The notes below the pieces were generated by a model. The model was given only the letters and a program-made list of their open reading frames with translations. It did not search any database and was not told where the DNA came from. A program made the translations under genes and the position numbers. Shown one piece after another: positions 9,567 through 18,317 of a stretch of DNA of 60,194 nucleotides. The stretch comes from a bacterium. GTDB lineage: Bacteria; Actinomycetota; Acidimicrobiia; Spongiisociales; JAENVV01. The stretch covers positions 1 through 60,194 of the forward strand of contig JAHEFX010000004.1 of assembly GCA_024639975.1 (NCBI GenBank), written 5' to 3'. How positions within the stretch are numbered: the stretch's first letter is position 1; each line of letters starts with the position of its first letter.

Positions 9567-10196
9567 TCAGCCCGTGGTCCCGAACAGCCGGTCACCCATG
9601 TCGCCGAGTCCGGGTCGGATGTAGTACTTGTAGTCGAGCTCGCGGTCCACCGCTGCAGCGACGATCGGTACGTCGGGGTGGTCCTCGGCCATCCGCTCGA
9701 CACCGGCCGGCGCCGCGCAGACGACGAGCGCCGTCACATCGGTGGCACCCGCCTGCTTCACCTTGTCCACCGCCCAGGAGAGCGACCCACCGGTGGCGAG
9801 CATCGGCTCGAGCACCAGGACGTGGGTGTCGGCGAGGGGCGGGAGCTTGGTGTAGTACTCCTGCGGCTGGGCGGTCTCCTCGTCCCGGAACAGGCCGACG
9901 TAGCCGACCCTCAGGTCGGGGATCTGGCGGGTGAGCCCCTCGAGCAGGCCCAGGCCGGCACGGAGCACGGCAACGGCGACGATCCCCTTGGCGATGCGCT
10001 CACCCGTGGTGATCTCCATCGGTGTCTCGACCTGGAACTCCTCGACCTCCCAGTCGCGGGCCGCCTCGTAGGCCAGCGTCGTCGCGAGGCGACGAGTGGC
10101 GGTGCGGAACGCATCCGGCTCGGTGTCCTTCTTCCGCAGGATCGTCATGTGGTGACGCGAGAGCGGGTTGTCGAGGATCGTCAGCTTCGGGTGCAT
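9567..10196 (-). CDS. upp: Uracil phosphoribosyltransferase
   Basis: VLRAGLG, RDEET, PMLATGGS, YIRPGLGDMGDRLFGT. Confidence 0.97.
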   Translation of the reverse strand: MHPKLTILDNPLSRHHMTILRKKDTEPDAFRTATRRLATTLAYEAARDWEVEEFQVETPMEITTGERIAKGIVAVAVLRAGLGLLEGLTRQIPDLRVGYVGLFRDEETAQPQEYYTKLPPLADTHVLVLEPMLATGGSLSWAVDKVKQAGATDVTALVVCAAPAGVERMAEDHPDVPIVAAAVDRELDYKYYIRPGLGDMGDRLFGTTG

Positions 10197-10259
10197 GCTC
10201 CGTCCGGGTCGGGGTCCGGCGAGGGTACCGCCTCACGGCAGGCCGATAGCCTCTCGGCC

Positions 10260-10532
10260 GTGACCCCGTACCAACGCGCCGTCGTCGCCGTGGTCTCCGC
10301 CATCCCCAAGGGCGAGGTGATGACCTACGGGGAGGTCGCCACCGAGGCCGGCTTCCCCGGAGCGGGCCGGGCCGTCGGCGGCGTCCTGAAGGCGTTCGAC
10401 GACCTGCCCTGGTGGCGGGTCGTCGCCGCCAACGGCCGATTGGCGCCCGGGTTGGAGCGTCGTCACGCCGAGCTGCTGCGAAGTGAGGGCGTGCGGATCG
10501 ATGGCGGCAGGGTCGTAGGCTCGGCGACATGA
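10260..10532 (+). CDS. Alkyltransferase-like (ATL/MGMT family) DNA-binding protein
   Basis: IPKGEVMTYGEVA...RAVG...LPWWRVV: Trp replaces the catalytic Cys of PCHRV, as in ATL proteins. Confidence 0.9.
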   Translation: MTPYQRAVVAVVSAIPKGEVMTYGEVATEAGFPGAGRAVGGVLKAFDDLPWWRVVAANGRLAPGLERRHAELLRSEGVRIDGGRVVGSAT

Positions 10533-11998
10533 CTGGAGAGAGCTTCATCGACGGCGTCTGGGTGGATGGCGACGGCGCCGAGTTCGTAGCCGTTGACCCC
10601 GCGACCGCCGAGCAGACCTGGTCGGGGCGCGCCGCATCCAGGGCCCAGGTCGCGGATGCGGTCGAAGCCGCCCGGGATGCCTTCCCCACCTGGCGACGAA
10701 CCCCTCTCGGCGACCGGGTGGCCCTCGTCGAGGGCTTTGCCGAGCTCGTCCGGGATGCGACCGAGGAACTCGCATCGATCATCACCGGGGAGACCGGAAA
10801 GCCGCTTTGGGAGTCCCGGACCGAGCCGGGGGCCATGGCAGCGAAGGCCGCGATCTCGATCGAGGCACAGGCGAGTCGTGCGTCCACGACCGAACGGGAC
10901 CTCCCCGGCGGCGTTCGCTCGGTCACCCGTCATCGGCCGCACGGGGCGATGGCCGTTTTCGGTCCCTACAACTTCCCCGGGCACCTACCCAACGGTCACA
11001 TCATCCCGGCGCTCCTCGCCGGGGACACCGTCGTGTTCAAGCCATCGGAGCTCGCTCCCGGGACCGCCGAGGCGACGGTTCGACTATGGGAGCGCGCGGG
11101 CCTTCCCGACGGCGTGCTCAACCTGGTCCAAGGAGCCGTCGACACGGGCAAGGCCCTCGCCGGTCACCCCGAAGTCGATGGAATCCTCTTCACCGGTTCG
11201 GCAGCGACGGGCAGGCTCCTGCACGAGCAGGCGGCGGGTCGACCCGAGCTCCTGCTCGCGTTGGAGCTCGGGGGCAACAACCCACTCATCGTCACCGAGG
11301 GAGTGGACTTGGCGGCCGCCGTACTGGCGACCGTCCAGTCGGCCTACCTGTCCGCCGGACAACGGTGCTCCTGTGCCCGGCGCCTATTGGTCCCACGCGG
11401 CGAGTGGGGCAACGCCTTCCTGGATCGACTTGCCGACGTCGTCTCCACGATCGAGCCCGGCGACCCCCGCGCCGAGGACCAGCCATTTCTTGGTCCCGTC
11501 GTCAGTGCCCGTGCGGCCGATGGCCTAGCCGCTGCCTGGATGGACCTCGTAGACCTCGGCGGAACGCCCCTGGTGCCGCTCCTTCGCGGTGACGCCGCGA
11601 CGGGCTACGTGTCCCCGGGCCTCATCGACCTGACGGGGGTCGAGGGGGTCCCCGATGAGGAACACTTCGGTCCGCTTCTCCAGGTGTACCGCTACGCCGA
11701 CCTGGACGAGGCATTCACCATTGCCAATGACACGGCGTTCGGGCTCTCGGCGGGGATCCTGTCCAACGATCGGGCCGATTTCGATCGCCTCCTCGACGAG
11801 AGCAGGGCCGGAGTCGTGAATTGGAACCGGCCGCTGACCGGGGCCTCCTCCGCCGCCCCGTTCGGCGGTAGCGGTGCGTCCGGCAACCACCGGCCCAGCG
11901 CCTTCTACGCCGCCGACTATGTCGCCCATCCGGTCGCCAGCCTCGAGACCGAGGACCTGACCGTTCCCGACACGCTGCCCCACGGTCTCTCCCTGTGA
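10529..11998 (+). CDS. astD: Succinylglutamate-semialdehyde dehydrogenase
   Basis: FGPYNFPGHLPNGHIIPALLAG, LELGGNNP, SAGQRCSCARRL, ASGNHRPSAFYAADY, which are AstD-type ALDH signatures. Confidence 0.9.
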   Translation: MTGESFIDGVWVDGDGAEFVAVDPATAEQTWSGRAASRAQVADAVEAARDAFPTWRRTPLGDRVALVEGFAELVRDATEELASIITGETGKPLWESRTEPGAMAAKAAISIEAQASRASTTERDLPGGVRSVTRHRPHGAMAVFGPYNFPGHLPNGHIIPALLAGDTVVFKPSELAPGTAEATVRLWERAGLPDGVLNLVQGAVDTGKALAGHPEVDGILFTGSAATGRLLHEQAAGRPELLLALELGGNNPLIVTEGVDLAAAVLATVQSAYLSAGQRCSCARRLLVPRGEWGNAFLDRLADVVSTIEPGDPRAEDQPFLGPVVSARAADGLAAAWMDLVDLGGTPLVPLLRGDAATGYVSPGLIDLTGVEGVPDEEHFGPLLQVYRYADLDEAFTIANDTAFGLSAGILSNDRADFDRLLDESRAGVVNWNRPLTGASSAAPFGGSGASGNHRPSAFYAADYVAHPVASLETEDLTVPDTLPHGLSL

Positions 11999-12663
11999 GT
12001 GCGTTCTTCTGGCTCCTTGCAGCCGGACACATCGCCGTCCTCACCTGGGGCGCCCGTCGCCTCCGGGACTCATGGACCTCCTACGCGCTCTTCATCGTCG
12101 GTGTGACGGCCGCCTTGGCGTTCGACAACTTCGTCCTGGGACTCGGGGGGTTCTTGGAGGAGGGGCCGGTATTGGAGTTCCTCAACGGCGGCCGATTCTG
12201 GACCCACGCCCTCCTCACCCCGACGATGATGGTTGCCGCCCTCGGCATGCTGCGCATGACCGGTGTGGCTTTCGCCCGGACGCGTTCGGCCTTCGTCGTC
12301 GGTGGCCTCTTCTCCGGCTCCCTCGTGCTGCTCGGCACCTGGGTGGACATCGTGAACCTCGAGCTGGAGCCGGTCGCCGAGTACGGGATCACCCGCTACG
12401 TCAATGCCTTCGAACTGATGCCAGGACCGCCGATCCCGGCGCTCCTCACGATCATCGTGGTGATCGTCGCCGGGGTGATCCTCTGGCGCCGATCGGCGTT
12501 CGCCTGGCTGGCGCTTGGTGGACTCACCATGTTCGGGACCGCCGCTGCGGGCGGCCTGCTCGTCGGCAACACCGGCGAGGTCGTGTTCGCGGCGTCGCTG
12601 ATGGCCGGGATGGTGTTCGCCACCGGGCAAGCCGAGAAGCTCTCGGTGCTCGGGAGCCGCTGA
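11995..12663 (+). CDS. Hypothetical integral membrane protein
   Basis: 222 aa with about 7 hydrophobic segments; GTG overlaps the astD stop. Confidence 0.75.
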   Translation: MSAFFWLLAAGHIAVLTWGARRLRDSWTSYALFIVGVTAALAFDNFVLGLGGFLEEGPVLEFLNGGRFWTHALLTPTMMVAALGMLRMTGVAFARTRSAFVVGGLFSGSLVLLGTWVDIVNLELEPVAEYGITRYVNAFELMPGPPIPALLTIIVVIVAGVILWRRSAFAWLALGGLTMFGTAAAGGLLVGNTGEVVFAASLMAGMVFATGQAEKLSVLGSR

Positions 12664-12666
12664 CGG

Positions 12667-13752
12667 CTAGCGCCCCATCCCGCCGTGGACGTCGTAGCTC
12701 AGGTCGACGACCTCGGATACCGGATGTGACTGGCAGGTGAGGACCAAGCCCATCATCTCCTCTTCGTCGGTGAGGGCGTAGTTCTTCTCCATCTCGACTT
12801 CGCCGACCGTCACGAATGCCTTGCAGGTGGCACACATTCCGCCCTTGCAGGCGAACGGGACCTCGGGCCGAACCGTCCGGGCATAGTCGAGGATCGACGG
12901 ACCCTCTGGGTCGACGAGCACCGTCGAGGTCCGGCCGTTCATGGTGATTCGGACCTCGGCCATCCCCTCGGCGTCTTCGGCGGGGGCCGGCGGTGGTTCG
13001 AACCGCTCGTCGAAGAACAACTCGTCGTGCACGGTTGCTGCATCCACCCCACGGGCTTCCAGCACGGCCCGGGCGTCCTCCACGAGTCCCAGCGGCCCGC
13101 AGAGGAACCATCCGGTCACGCCCTCGACCGGGACGAGCGTGTCGATCAGTGACTCGAGCTTCTCGGCGTCGATCCGGCCTTCGAAGAGGGGCACGGCGTT
13201 GGGTTCGCGGCTGAGTACGTGGACCACCTGGAACCGGTCCGGGAAGCGATCTTTCAGCGCTTCGACGTCGTCGAGGAACATGATCGAGCGACTGGTCCGG
13301 TTGCCGTACAGCAATGCCACTCGGCTGTCGGGCTCGCCTTCGAGGGTCGAGGAGATGATCGACAGCACGGGTGTGATCCCCGAGCCGGCGGCGATGGCGA
13401 CGTAGCGCCCGGCCGACTCCGGATCGGGGTCGTGGGTGAACTCGCCCACCGGTGGTGCCACCTCGACCACGTCGCCCGCCCGCAGGCGTTCGGTCGCCCA
13501 ACTGCTGAACAACCCACCATCGATCCGCTTGATCCCGACGCGCAGCGGGCCGCCGAGGGGCGCAGCGATGGAGTACGAGCGGCGGACGTCCTCCTCGCCG
13601 ATCTCCGCTCGGAGCACGACGTGCTGGCCCGGCACCCACCGGAAGGCTTCGGCCAGTTCGGCTGGGACATCGAAGGTGACGGAGACCGAATCGTCGGTCT
13701 CTTCGCGCACCTCGGCGACCGGGATGGGGTGGAAGACGACCGGGTCGGCCAT
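12667..13752 (-). CDS. paaE: Phenylacetyl-CoA epoxidase reductase subunit (FAD/NADPH + 2Fe-2S)
   Basis: RRSYSI, AAGSGITP, FLCGP, and PFACKGGMCATC...LTCQ ferredoxin motif. Confidence 0.93.
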   Translation of the reverse strand: MADPVVFHPIPVAEVREETDDSVSVTFDVPAELAEAFRWVPGQHVVLRAEIGEEDVRRSYSIAAPLGGPLRVGIKRIDGGLFSSWATERLRAGDVVEVAPPVGEFTHDPDPESAGRYVAIAAGSGITPVLSIISSTLEGEPDSRVALLYGNRTSRSIMFLDDVEALKDRFPDRFQVVHVLSREPNAVPLFEGRIDAEKLESLIDTLVPVEGVTGWFLCGPLGLVEDARAVLEARGVDAATVHDELFFDERFEPPPAPAEDAEGMAEVRITMNGRTSTVLVDPEGPSILDYARTVRPEVPFACKGGMCATCKAFVTVGEVEMEKNYALTDEEEMMGLVLTCQSHPVSEVVDLSYDVHGGMGR

Positions 13753-14222
13753 CAGAGCACCTTGAAGTGGTCGAAGGGTTCCAGGCACGCGGTGCATCGC
13801 CGCAGCGCCTTGCAGGCGGTCGAACCGAAGGCGGAAACGACCTCGGTCTGGTTCGAGCCGCACTGAGGGCAGATGACGACCTCGACCTTGCCGACACGGC
13901 CGGGAGGTGCGATGCCGTACTCCTCCAGACGCCGTTTGGCATCGTCGGACATCCAGTCGGTGGTCCACGCCGGGCTGTGGACCAGCCGGACGGTCGCCGG
14001 GGCCAGGCCGAACCCGCCGAGGACCTCCTCGACCTGCTCGGTGATCATGTCCATGGCAGGACAGCCACTGTACGTGGGGGTGATCTCCACCACCACGGCG
14101 GCGTCGACCTCGGTCACCGTCCGCACGATGCCCAGGTCACCGATCGTCAGGACCGGGATCTCCGGATCCGGTATGGCCTCCACCGCTTCCCGAACGGCAG
14201 CGAGGTCGACGAGGGTCACCAT
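13752..14222 (-). CDS. paaD: Phenylacetyl-CoA epoxidase subunit D
   Basis: DPEIPVLTIGDLGIVR, TPTYSGCPAM, PAWTTDWM, CPQCGS...STACKA...C..CLEPFDHFK. Confidence 0.95.
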   Translation of the reverse strand: MVTLVDLAAVREAVEAIPDPEIPVLTIGDLGIVRTVTEVDAAVVVEITPTYSGCPAMDMITEQVEEVLGGFGLAPATVRLVHSPAWTTDWMSDDAKRRLEEYGIAPPGRVGKVEVVICPQCGSNQTEVVSAFGSTACKALRRCTACLEPFDHFKVL

Positions 14223-14983
14223 TCGGCGCCCACGTGTGTTCGGTGCAGGAGCTGCATCTCGGGGAGGATGTGACCCAGGTGCTCGGTGTGGAATCCCCGG
14301 CGCCCACCGACGCGGGTGCCGGTGCCCTCGGGGACGGGCAGGCCGGCCGCATCGAGCACCGGTCCGAGGTTCGCTTCCCAAGCCGGTCGCAAAGTCGTCG
14401 GGTCGACGCCGACGCCCGCTGCTGCCATCTCGCGGTCGAGGTCGTCGGACTCGAAGAGGTCATCGGTGAATCGCCACAGCACGTCGAGGGCCGATGCCAT
14501 GCGCTCGTGGCTCTCCTCGGTCCCGTCGCCGAGCCGCACCGCCCAACCGGATGAGTGGGAGAGGTGGTAGCGGGCTTCCTTGATCCCCTTCTGTGCGATC
14601 CCGGCGAGCACCAGGTCGATCGACCCGGAGAGCGCTTCGTAGAACGGGACCTGGAAGGCGTCGAAGAGCAGCTGGCGGCAGATGGTGTGGGCGAAGTCGA
14701 GGTCGGGTTGCTCGACCAGGAGCACATTCGCGAACTCGCGCTCGTCACGGGTCATGGCGAGGTCGTCCTCGGTTCGGCCCTCGCCGGCGAGGTTGCCGGC
14801 GTGGGTGTAGAACGCCCGTGCCTGTCCGATGAGGTCGATCGAGAGGTTCGCGATCGCGATGTCCTCCTCGAGGTCCGGCCCCCGGGAGACCTGTGCTCCG
14901 AGGCGCTGGCCGAGTATCAGGCAGTCGTCGGCCGGACGGAGCACCCATGCGGCCCGGCGGGCGTCGACGGCGGGCTCCGTCAC
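14216..14983 (-). CDS. paaC: Phenylacetyl-CoA epoxidase subunit C
   Basis: DDCLILGQRL, LEEDIAIAN, KEARYH, RLGDGTEESHERM, HTEHLGHILPEMQ. Confidence 0.95.
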   Translation of the reverse strand: MTEPAVDARRAAWVLRPADDCLILGQRLGAQVSRGPDLEEDIAIANLSIDLIGQARAFYTHAGNLAGEGRTEDDLAMTRDEREFANVLLVEQPDLDFAHTICRQLLFDAFQVPFYEALSGSIDLVLAGIAQKGIKEARYHLSHSSGWAVRLGDGTEESHERMASALDVLWRFTDDLFESDDLDREMAAAGVGVDPTTLRPAWEANLGPVLDAAGLPVPEGTGTRVGGRRGFHTEHLGHILPEMQLLHRTHVGAEW

Positions 14984-15309
14984 ATGTGCCCCACTTCTTC
15001 GGGGATCTCGTAGAACGTCGGGTGGCGATAGGGATGCTCGGACCCGAACCAGTCCGTGGCGTCGTGGGGGTCGGTCGCCGTGATCGCCGAGGACGGAACG
15101 ACCCAGATGCTCACACCTTCCTTGCGTCGGGTGTAGACGTCCCGGGCGTGGTGGAGCGCCGTGGCGGCGTCCGGGGCATGGAGCGATCCGACGTGCACGT
15201 GGTTGAGTCCTCGATCGGCGCGGATGAACACCTCCCAGAGCGGGCTGCCTTCCGTGCCGGCGAGCGTCGGGTCGACCTCGTCGTCGGTCCTTGGTACGTC
15301 GTAGCTCAT
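14980..15309 (-). CDS. paaB: Phenylacetyl-CoA epoxidase subunit B
   Basis: PLWEVFIR..GLNHVHVGSLHAPD..ARDVYTRRKEGVSIWVV..YRHPTFY. Confidence 0.95.
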   Translation of the reverse strand: MSYDVPRTDDEVDPTLAGTEGSPLWEVFIRADRGLNHVHVGSLHAPDAATALHHARDVYTRRKEGVSIWVVPSSAITATDPHDATDWFGSEHPYRHPTFYEIPEEVGHM

Positions 15310-15319
15310 CGGGTCCTCC

Positions 15320-16252
15320 TCATGCGCTGGCCGCCGCCGTGCGGGCCTTCGCTGCGTGGGCGGCCGCCGCCTCACGCACCCAGGCGTGCTCCTCCCACAC
15401 ACCGACCTTGTGTGCGCTGCGCTCCTTGTTGCAGGGGCCGTCGCCTTTCACGACCGACCAGAACTCGTCCCAATCGATCGGTCCGACGTCGTAGTGCCCG
15501 GTCTCGGTATTCCAGGCGAGGTCGGGGTCCGGCACCTTCAAGCCGAGGTACTCGGCTTGGGGGACCGTCGCATCGATGAACCGCTGGCGGAGCTGGTCAT
15601 TCGTCTCCAGCTTGATCTTCCAGGCCATGGACTGGACCGTGTGCGTCGACTCGGCATCGGGCGGGCCGAACATCATGAGCGACGGCCACCACCACCGGTC
15701 CAAAGCATCTTGCGCCATGGCCCTTTGGGCATCGGTCCCCTCCGACAGCACCCGCATGATCTCGTAGCCCTGCCGCTGGTGGAACGACTCCTCCTTGCAG
15801 ATGCGGATCATCGCCCGCGAGTAGGGCCCATAGGAGGTGCGGGTCAGCATCACCTGGTTGGTGATCGCCGCGCCATCCACCAACCAGCCGATCGCGCCGA
15901 TGTCGGCCCAGGTCAGGGTCGGGTAGTTGAAGATGGACGAGTATTTCTGGCGACCCTCGTGGAGCAGGTCGACAAGCTCGGCGCGGGACACGCCAAGCGT
16001 CTCGGCTGCCGAGTAGAGGTATAGGCCGTGTCCCGCCTCGTCCTGGACCTTGGCGATCAGGATCGCCTTGCGCTTGAGCGACGGGGCTCGCGTGATCCAG
16101 TTCCCTTCCGGCTGCATCCCGATGACCTCGGAGTGCGCATGCTGGGCGATCTGGCGGATCATCGTTGCCCGATAGGCGTCGGGCATGGGGTCGCGTGGTT
16201 CGATCTTCAGGTCCTCGCCGATCAGGGCGTCGAACCGTTCCTCTGGAGTCAT
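15320..16252 (-). CDS. paaA: Phenylacetyl-CoA epoxidase subunit A
   Basis: [59 protein letters not shown]. Confidence 0.97.
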   Translation of the reverse strand: MTPEERFDALIGEDLKIEPRDPMPDAYRATMIRQIAQHAHSEVIGMQPEGNWITRAPSLKRKAILIAKVQDEAGHGLYLYSAAETLGVSRAELVDLLHEGRQKYSSIFNYPTLTWADIGAIGWLVDGAAITNQVMLTRTSYGPYSRAMIRICKEESFHQRQGYEIMRVLSEGTDAQRAMAQDALDRWWWPSLMMFGPPDAESTHTVQSMAWKIKLETNDQLRQRFIDATVPQAEYLGLKVPDPDLAWNTETGHYDVGPIDWDEFWSVVKGDGPCNKERSAHKVGVWEEHAWVREAAAAHAAKARTAAASA

Positions 16253-16265
16253 GGTCGGACGTTAG

Positions 16266-16279
16266 CGAACGATCGTTCG
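16266..16279. promoter_or_regulatory. Probable PaaR (TetR family) operator at the paaA promoter
   Basis: Perfect palindrome CGAACGATCGTTCG fitting the CNAACGNNCGTTNG pattern recalled for Thermus PaaR. It abuts a minus-strand -10-like TAACGT located 6 nt before the paaA ATG. Confidence 0.7.
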
Positions 16280-16348
16280 TTTTGGGCCGGATTCCGATCG
16301 GGTCCGGCTGGCCGCTCCGTACCCTCTAGGAGCACTAGAAGGAGTCGC

Positions 16349-17293
16349 ATGGACATCGCCGTCACCGGTGCCTCCGGCACGATCGGGACCGCCCTCACCG
16401 AGGCCCTCGCTGCGCGGGGCGATCGAGTCCTCCGCGTCGTGCGACGGCCTCCTGGCACCGACGAGATCGCCTGGGATCCCGCCGAGGGGACGATCGACCG
16501 TGCCGGCCTCGAGGGACTTGATGCCGTCGTCCATCTCGGTGCTGCCGGAATCGGTTCCCAACGCTGGACCGACGCCTACAAGGCGGAGATTCGCGACAGC
16601 CGGGTCGAGGGGACGGCGCTGATGGCCCGGACACTCGCCGGGCTCCAATCCCCCCCTTCCGTCTTCGTCAGCCAGTCGGCCATCGCCGTATACGGCGACC
16701 AGGGCGACCAGCTGCTCACCGAGGATTCGCCCAATGGCTCGGGTTTCCTCGCCGACGTCGTGGTGGACTGGGAGAAGGCTGCCGAGCCGGCCCGTGAGGC
16801 CGGCCTTCGGGTGGTGCACCCCCGGACAGGCCAGGTCCTCTCCCCCGTGCCCGACCTCGGGCTCTCCAACATCTTCTTCGGAGAGGGCACCCTCCAGCGC
16901 CTCGTCCCGCTCGCCCGCCTCGGCCTCGCCGGGAAGTTCGGCGACGGCAAGCAGTGGTGGTCGTGGGTCTCACTCCCTGATCAGGTGGCGGCCACCCTGT
17001 TCGCCATCGATACCGATGGCCTCGAGGGTCCTGTGAACGTGGTGGCCCCCGAGCCCACTCGCAATGACGAGTTCATCGCAACGCTCGCGGCGATCCTCGG
17101 GAAGAGGACGTTCTTGCCGATACCGGCGTTCGGACCGAAGCTCGTGGTCGGCTCGGAGCTCGCCGAGACACTTGTCTTCGAGAGCCAGCGGATCACCCCA
17201 CCGAAACTGCTCGCCGCCGGCTACGAGTTCCTCCACCCCGATCTCGAATCGGCCTTGCGAGCCGTCCTGAAGATCGGACAGACCGACACCTAG
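16349..17293 (+). CDS. TIGR01777 family NAD-dependent epimerase/oxidoreductase
   Basis: MDIAVTGASGTIG, SQSAIAVYG, GFLADVVVDWE, GDGKQWWSWV, GPVNVVAP, SQRITP; RBS AAGGAG. Confidence 0.92.
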   Translation: MDIAVTGASGTIGTALTEALAARGDRVLRVVRRPPGTDEIAWDPAEGTIDRAGLEGLDAVVHLGAAGIGSQRWTDAYKAEIRDSRVEGTALMARTLAGLQSPPSVFVSQSAIAVYGDQGDQLLTEDSPNGSGFLADVVVDWEKAAEPAREAGLRVVHPRTGQVLSPVPDLGLSNIFFGEGTLQRLVPLARLGLAGKFGDGKQWWSWVSLPDQVAATLFAIDTDGLEGPVNVVAPEPTRNDEFIATLAAILGKRTFLPIPAFGPKLVVGSELAETLVFESQRITPPKLLAAGYEFLHPDLESALRAVLKIGQTDT

Positions 17294-17303
17294 GCTCGGT
17301 CGG

Positions 17304-18308
17304 ATGCCCGGACTTCGAGTCGTCACCACCGACCCACCGAACGCTGGCGTCGAGCTGTCCTCGCTGGCAGGCAACGTCTCCCAGGCGGGCGTCTTCGAGC
17401 GGAACAACTTCCCGATCCCGGAGACCCCTCCGGCGTCGTTCGGGATCCGAATCCCGGGCGCGGACGACCGGTCCGTCTCGCTCGCCGACCTGCAGGGCTT
17501 CCCCCAGGCCACCCACCGCTGGATGCTCGAGTGTGCCGGCAACGCCCGCACCGGCATGGATCCCCGACCCGTCGGCACGCCTTGGCCCCTCGCCGCCATG
17601 TCTCCGGTGACGGCGTCCGGCGCTCGGCTCGTCGACGTACTCGGCGACCTGTCCGACAACATCGTCGAGCTCGTGTTCACCGGTGCGGACCGGGGCAGGA
17701 TTCGTGACGAGGGCGTCATCCCGTACCAGTTCTCCCTGACCCGATCCGAGGCGCTCGACGCCCGAGCCCTGCTCGCCACGAGCCTCAACGGCGAGCCGTT
17801 GTCGGGCCGCCATGGCGGCCCGATCCGATTGATGGTCCCCGGGGCCTACGGCATGAAGTCGGTGAAATGGCTCGAGTCGATCCACGCCGTCGACACTCCG
17901 TTCGAAGGTCACTTCGTGCGGAAGTACCGCTATCGCGGTGATCGTCGCTTCGTCGACGAATCCCCGGTCGACCGCACGCTCGTCCGGGCCGTGATCACCA
18001 GCCACACCGACGGCGGCCGCGTCTCGGCCGGACCGACGCGGGTCACCGGCTCGGCCTGGAGTGGGCATGGGGATGTCACCTCCGTCCGCCTGTCCGCCGA
18101 TGACGGCGCCAGTTGGGTCGAGGCCGACCTGTCTCCCGACGGTGACATCGTCTGGTGGGAGGCCGAGGTCGACGTGGGTCCCGAACCCGTATTGGTGGCA
18201 CGAGCGACCGATTCGTCGGGAGCCACCCAGCCACTCGAGGCACCTTGGAACAGCGGCGGCTACGGCAACAACGCCGTCCATCGCGTCCTCCCCACCGCCA
18301 CGCCTTAG
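17304..18308 (+). CDS. Sulfite oxidase family molybdopterin oxidoreductase
   Basis: LECAGNAR (Mo-ligating Cys), LNGEPL..HGGPIRL.VPG.YGMKSVKWL, C-terminal ARATD..G.TQP...WN.GGYGNN. Confidence 0.9.
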   Translation: MPGLRVVTTDPPNAGVELSSLAGNVSQAGVFERNNFPIPETPPASFGIRIPGADDRSVSLADLQGFPQATHRWMLECAGNARTGMDPRPVGTPWPLAAMSPVTASGARLVDVLGDLSDNIVELVFTGADRGRIRDEGVIPYQFSLTRSEALDARALLATSLNGEPLSGRHGGPIRLMVPGAYGMKSVKWLESIHAVDTPFEGHFVRKYRYRGDRRFVDESPVDRTLVRAVITSHTDGGRVSAGPTRVTGSAWSGHGDVTSVRLSADDGASWVEADLSPDGDIVWWEAEVDVGPEPVLVARATDSSGATQPLEAPWNSGGYGNNAVHRVLPTATP

Positions 18309-18317
18309 CCTTGGGGC

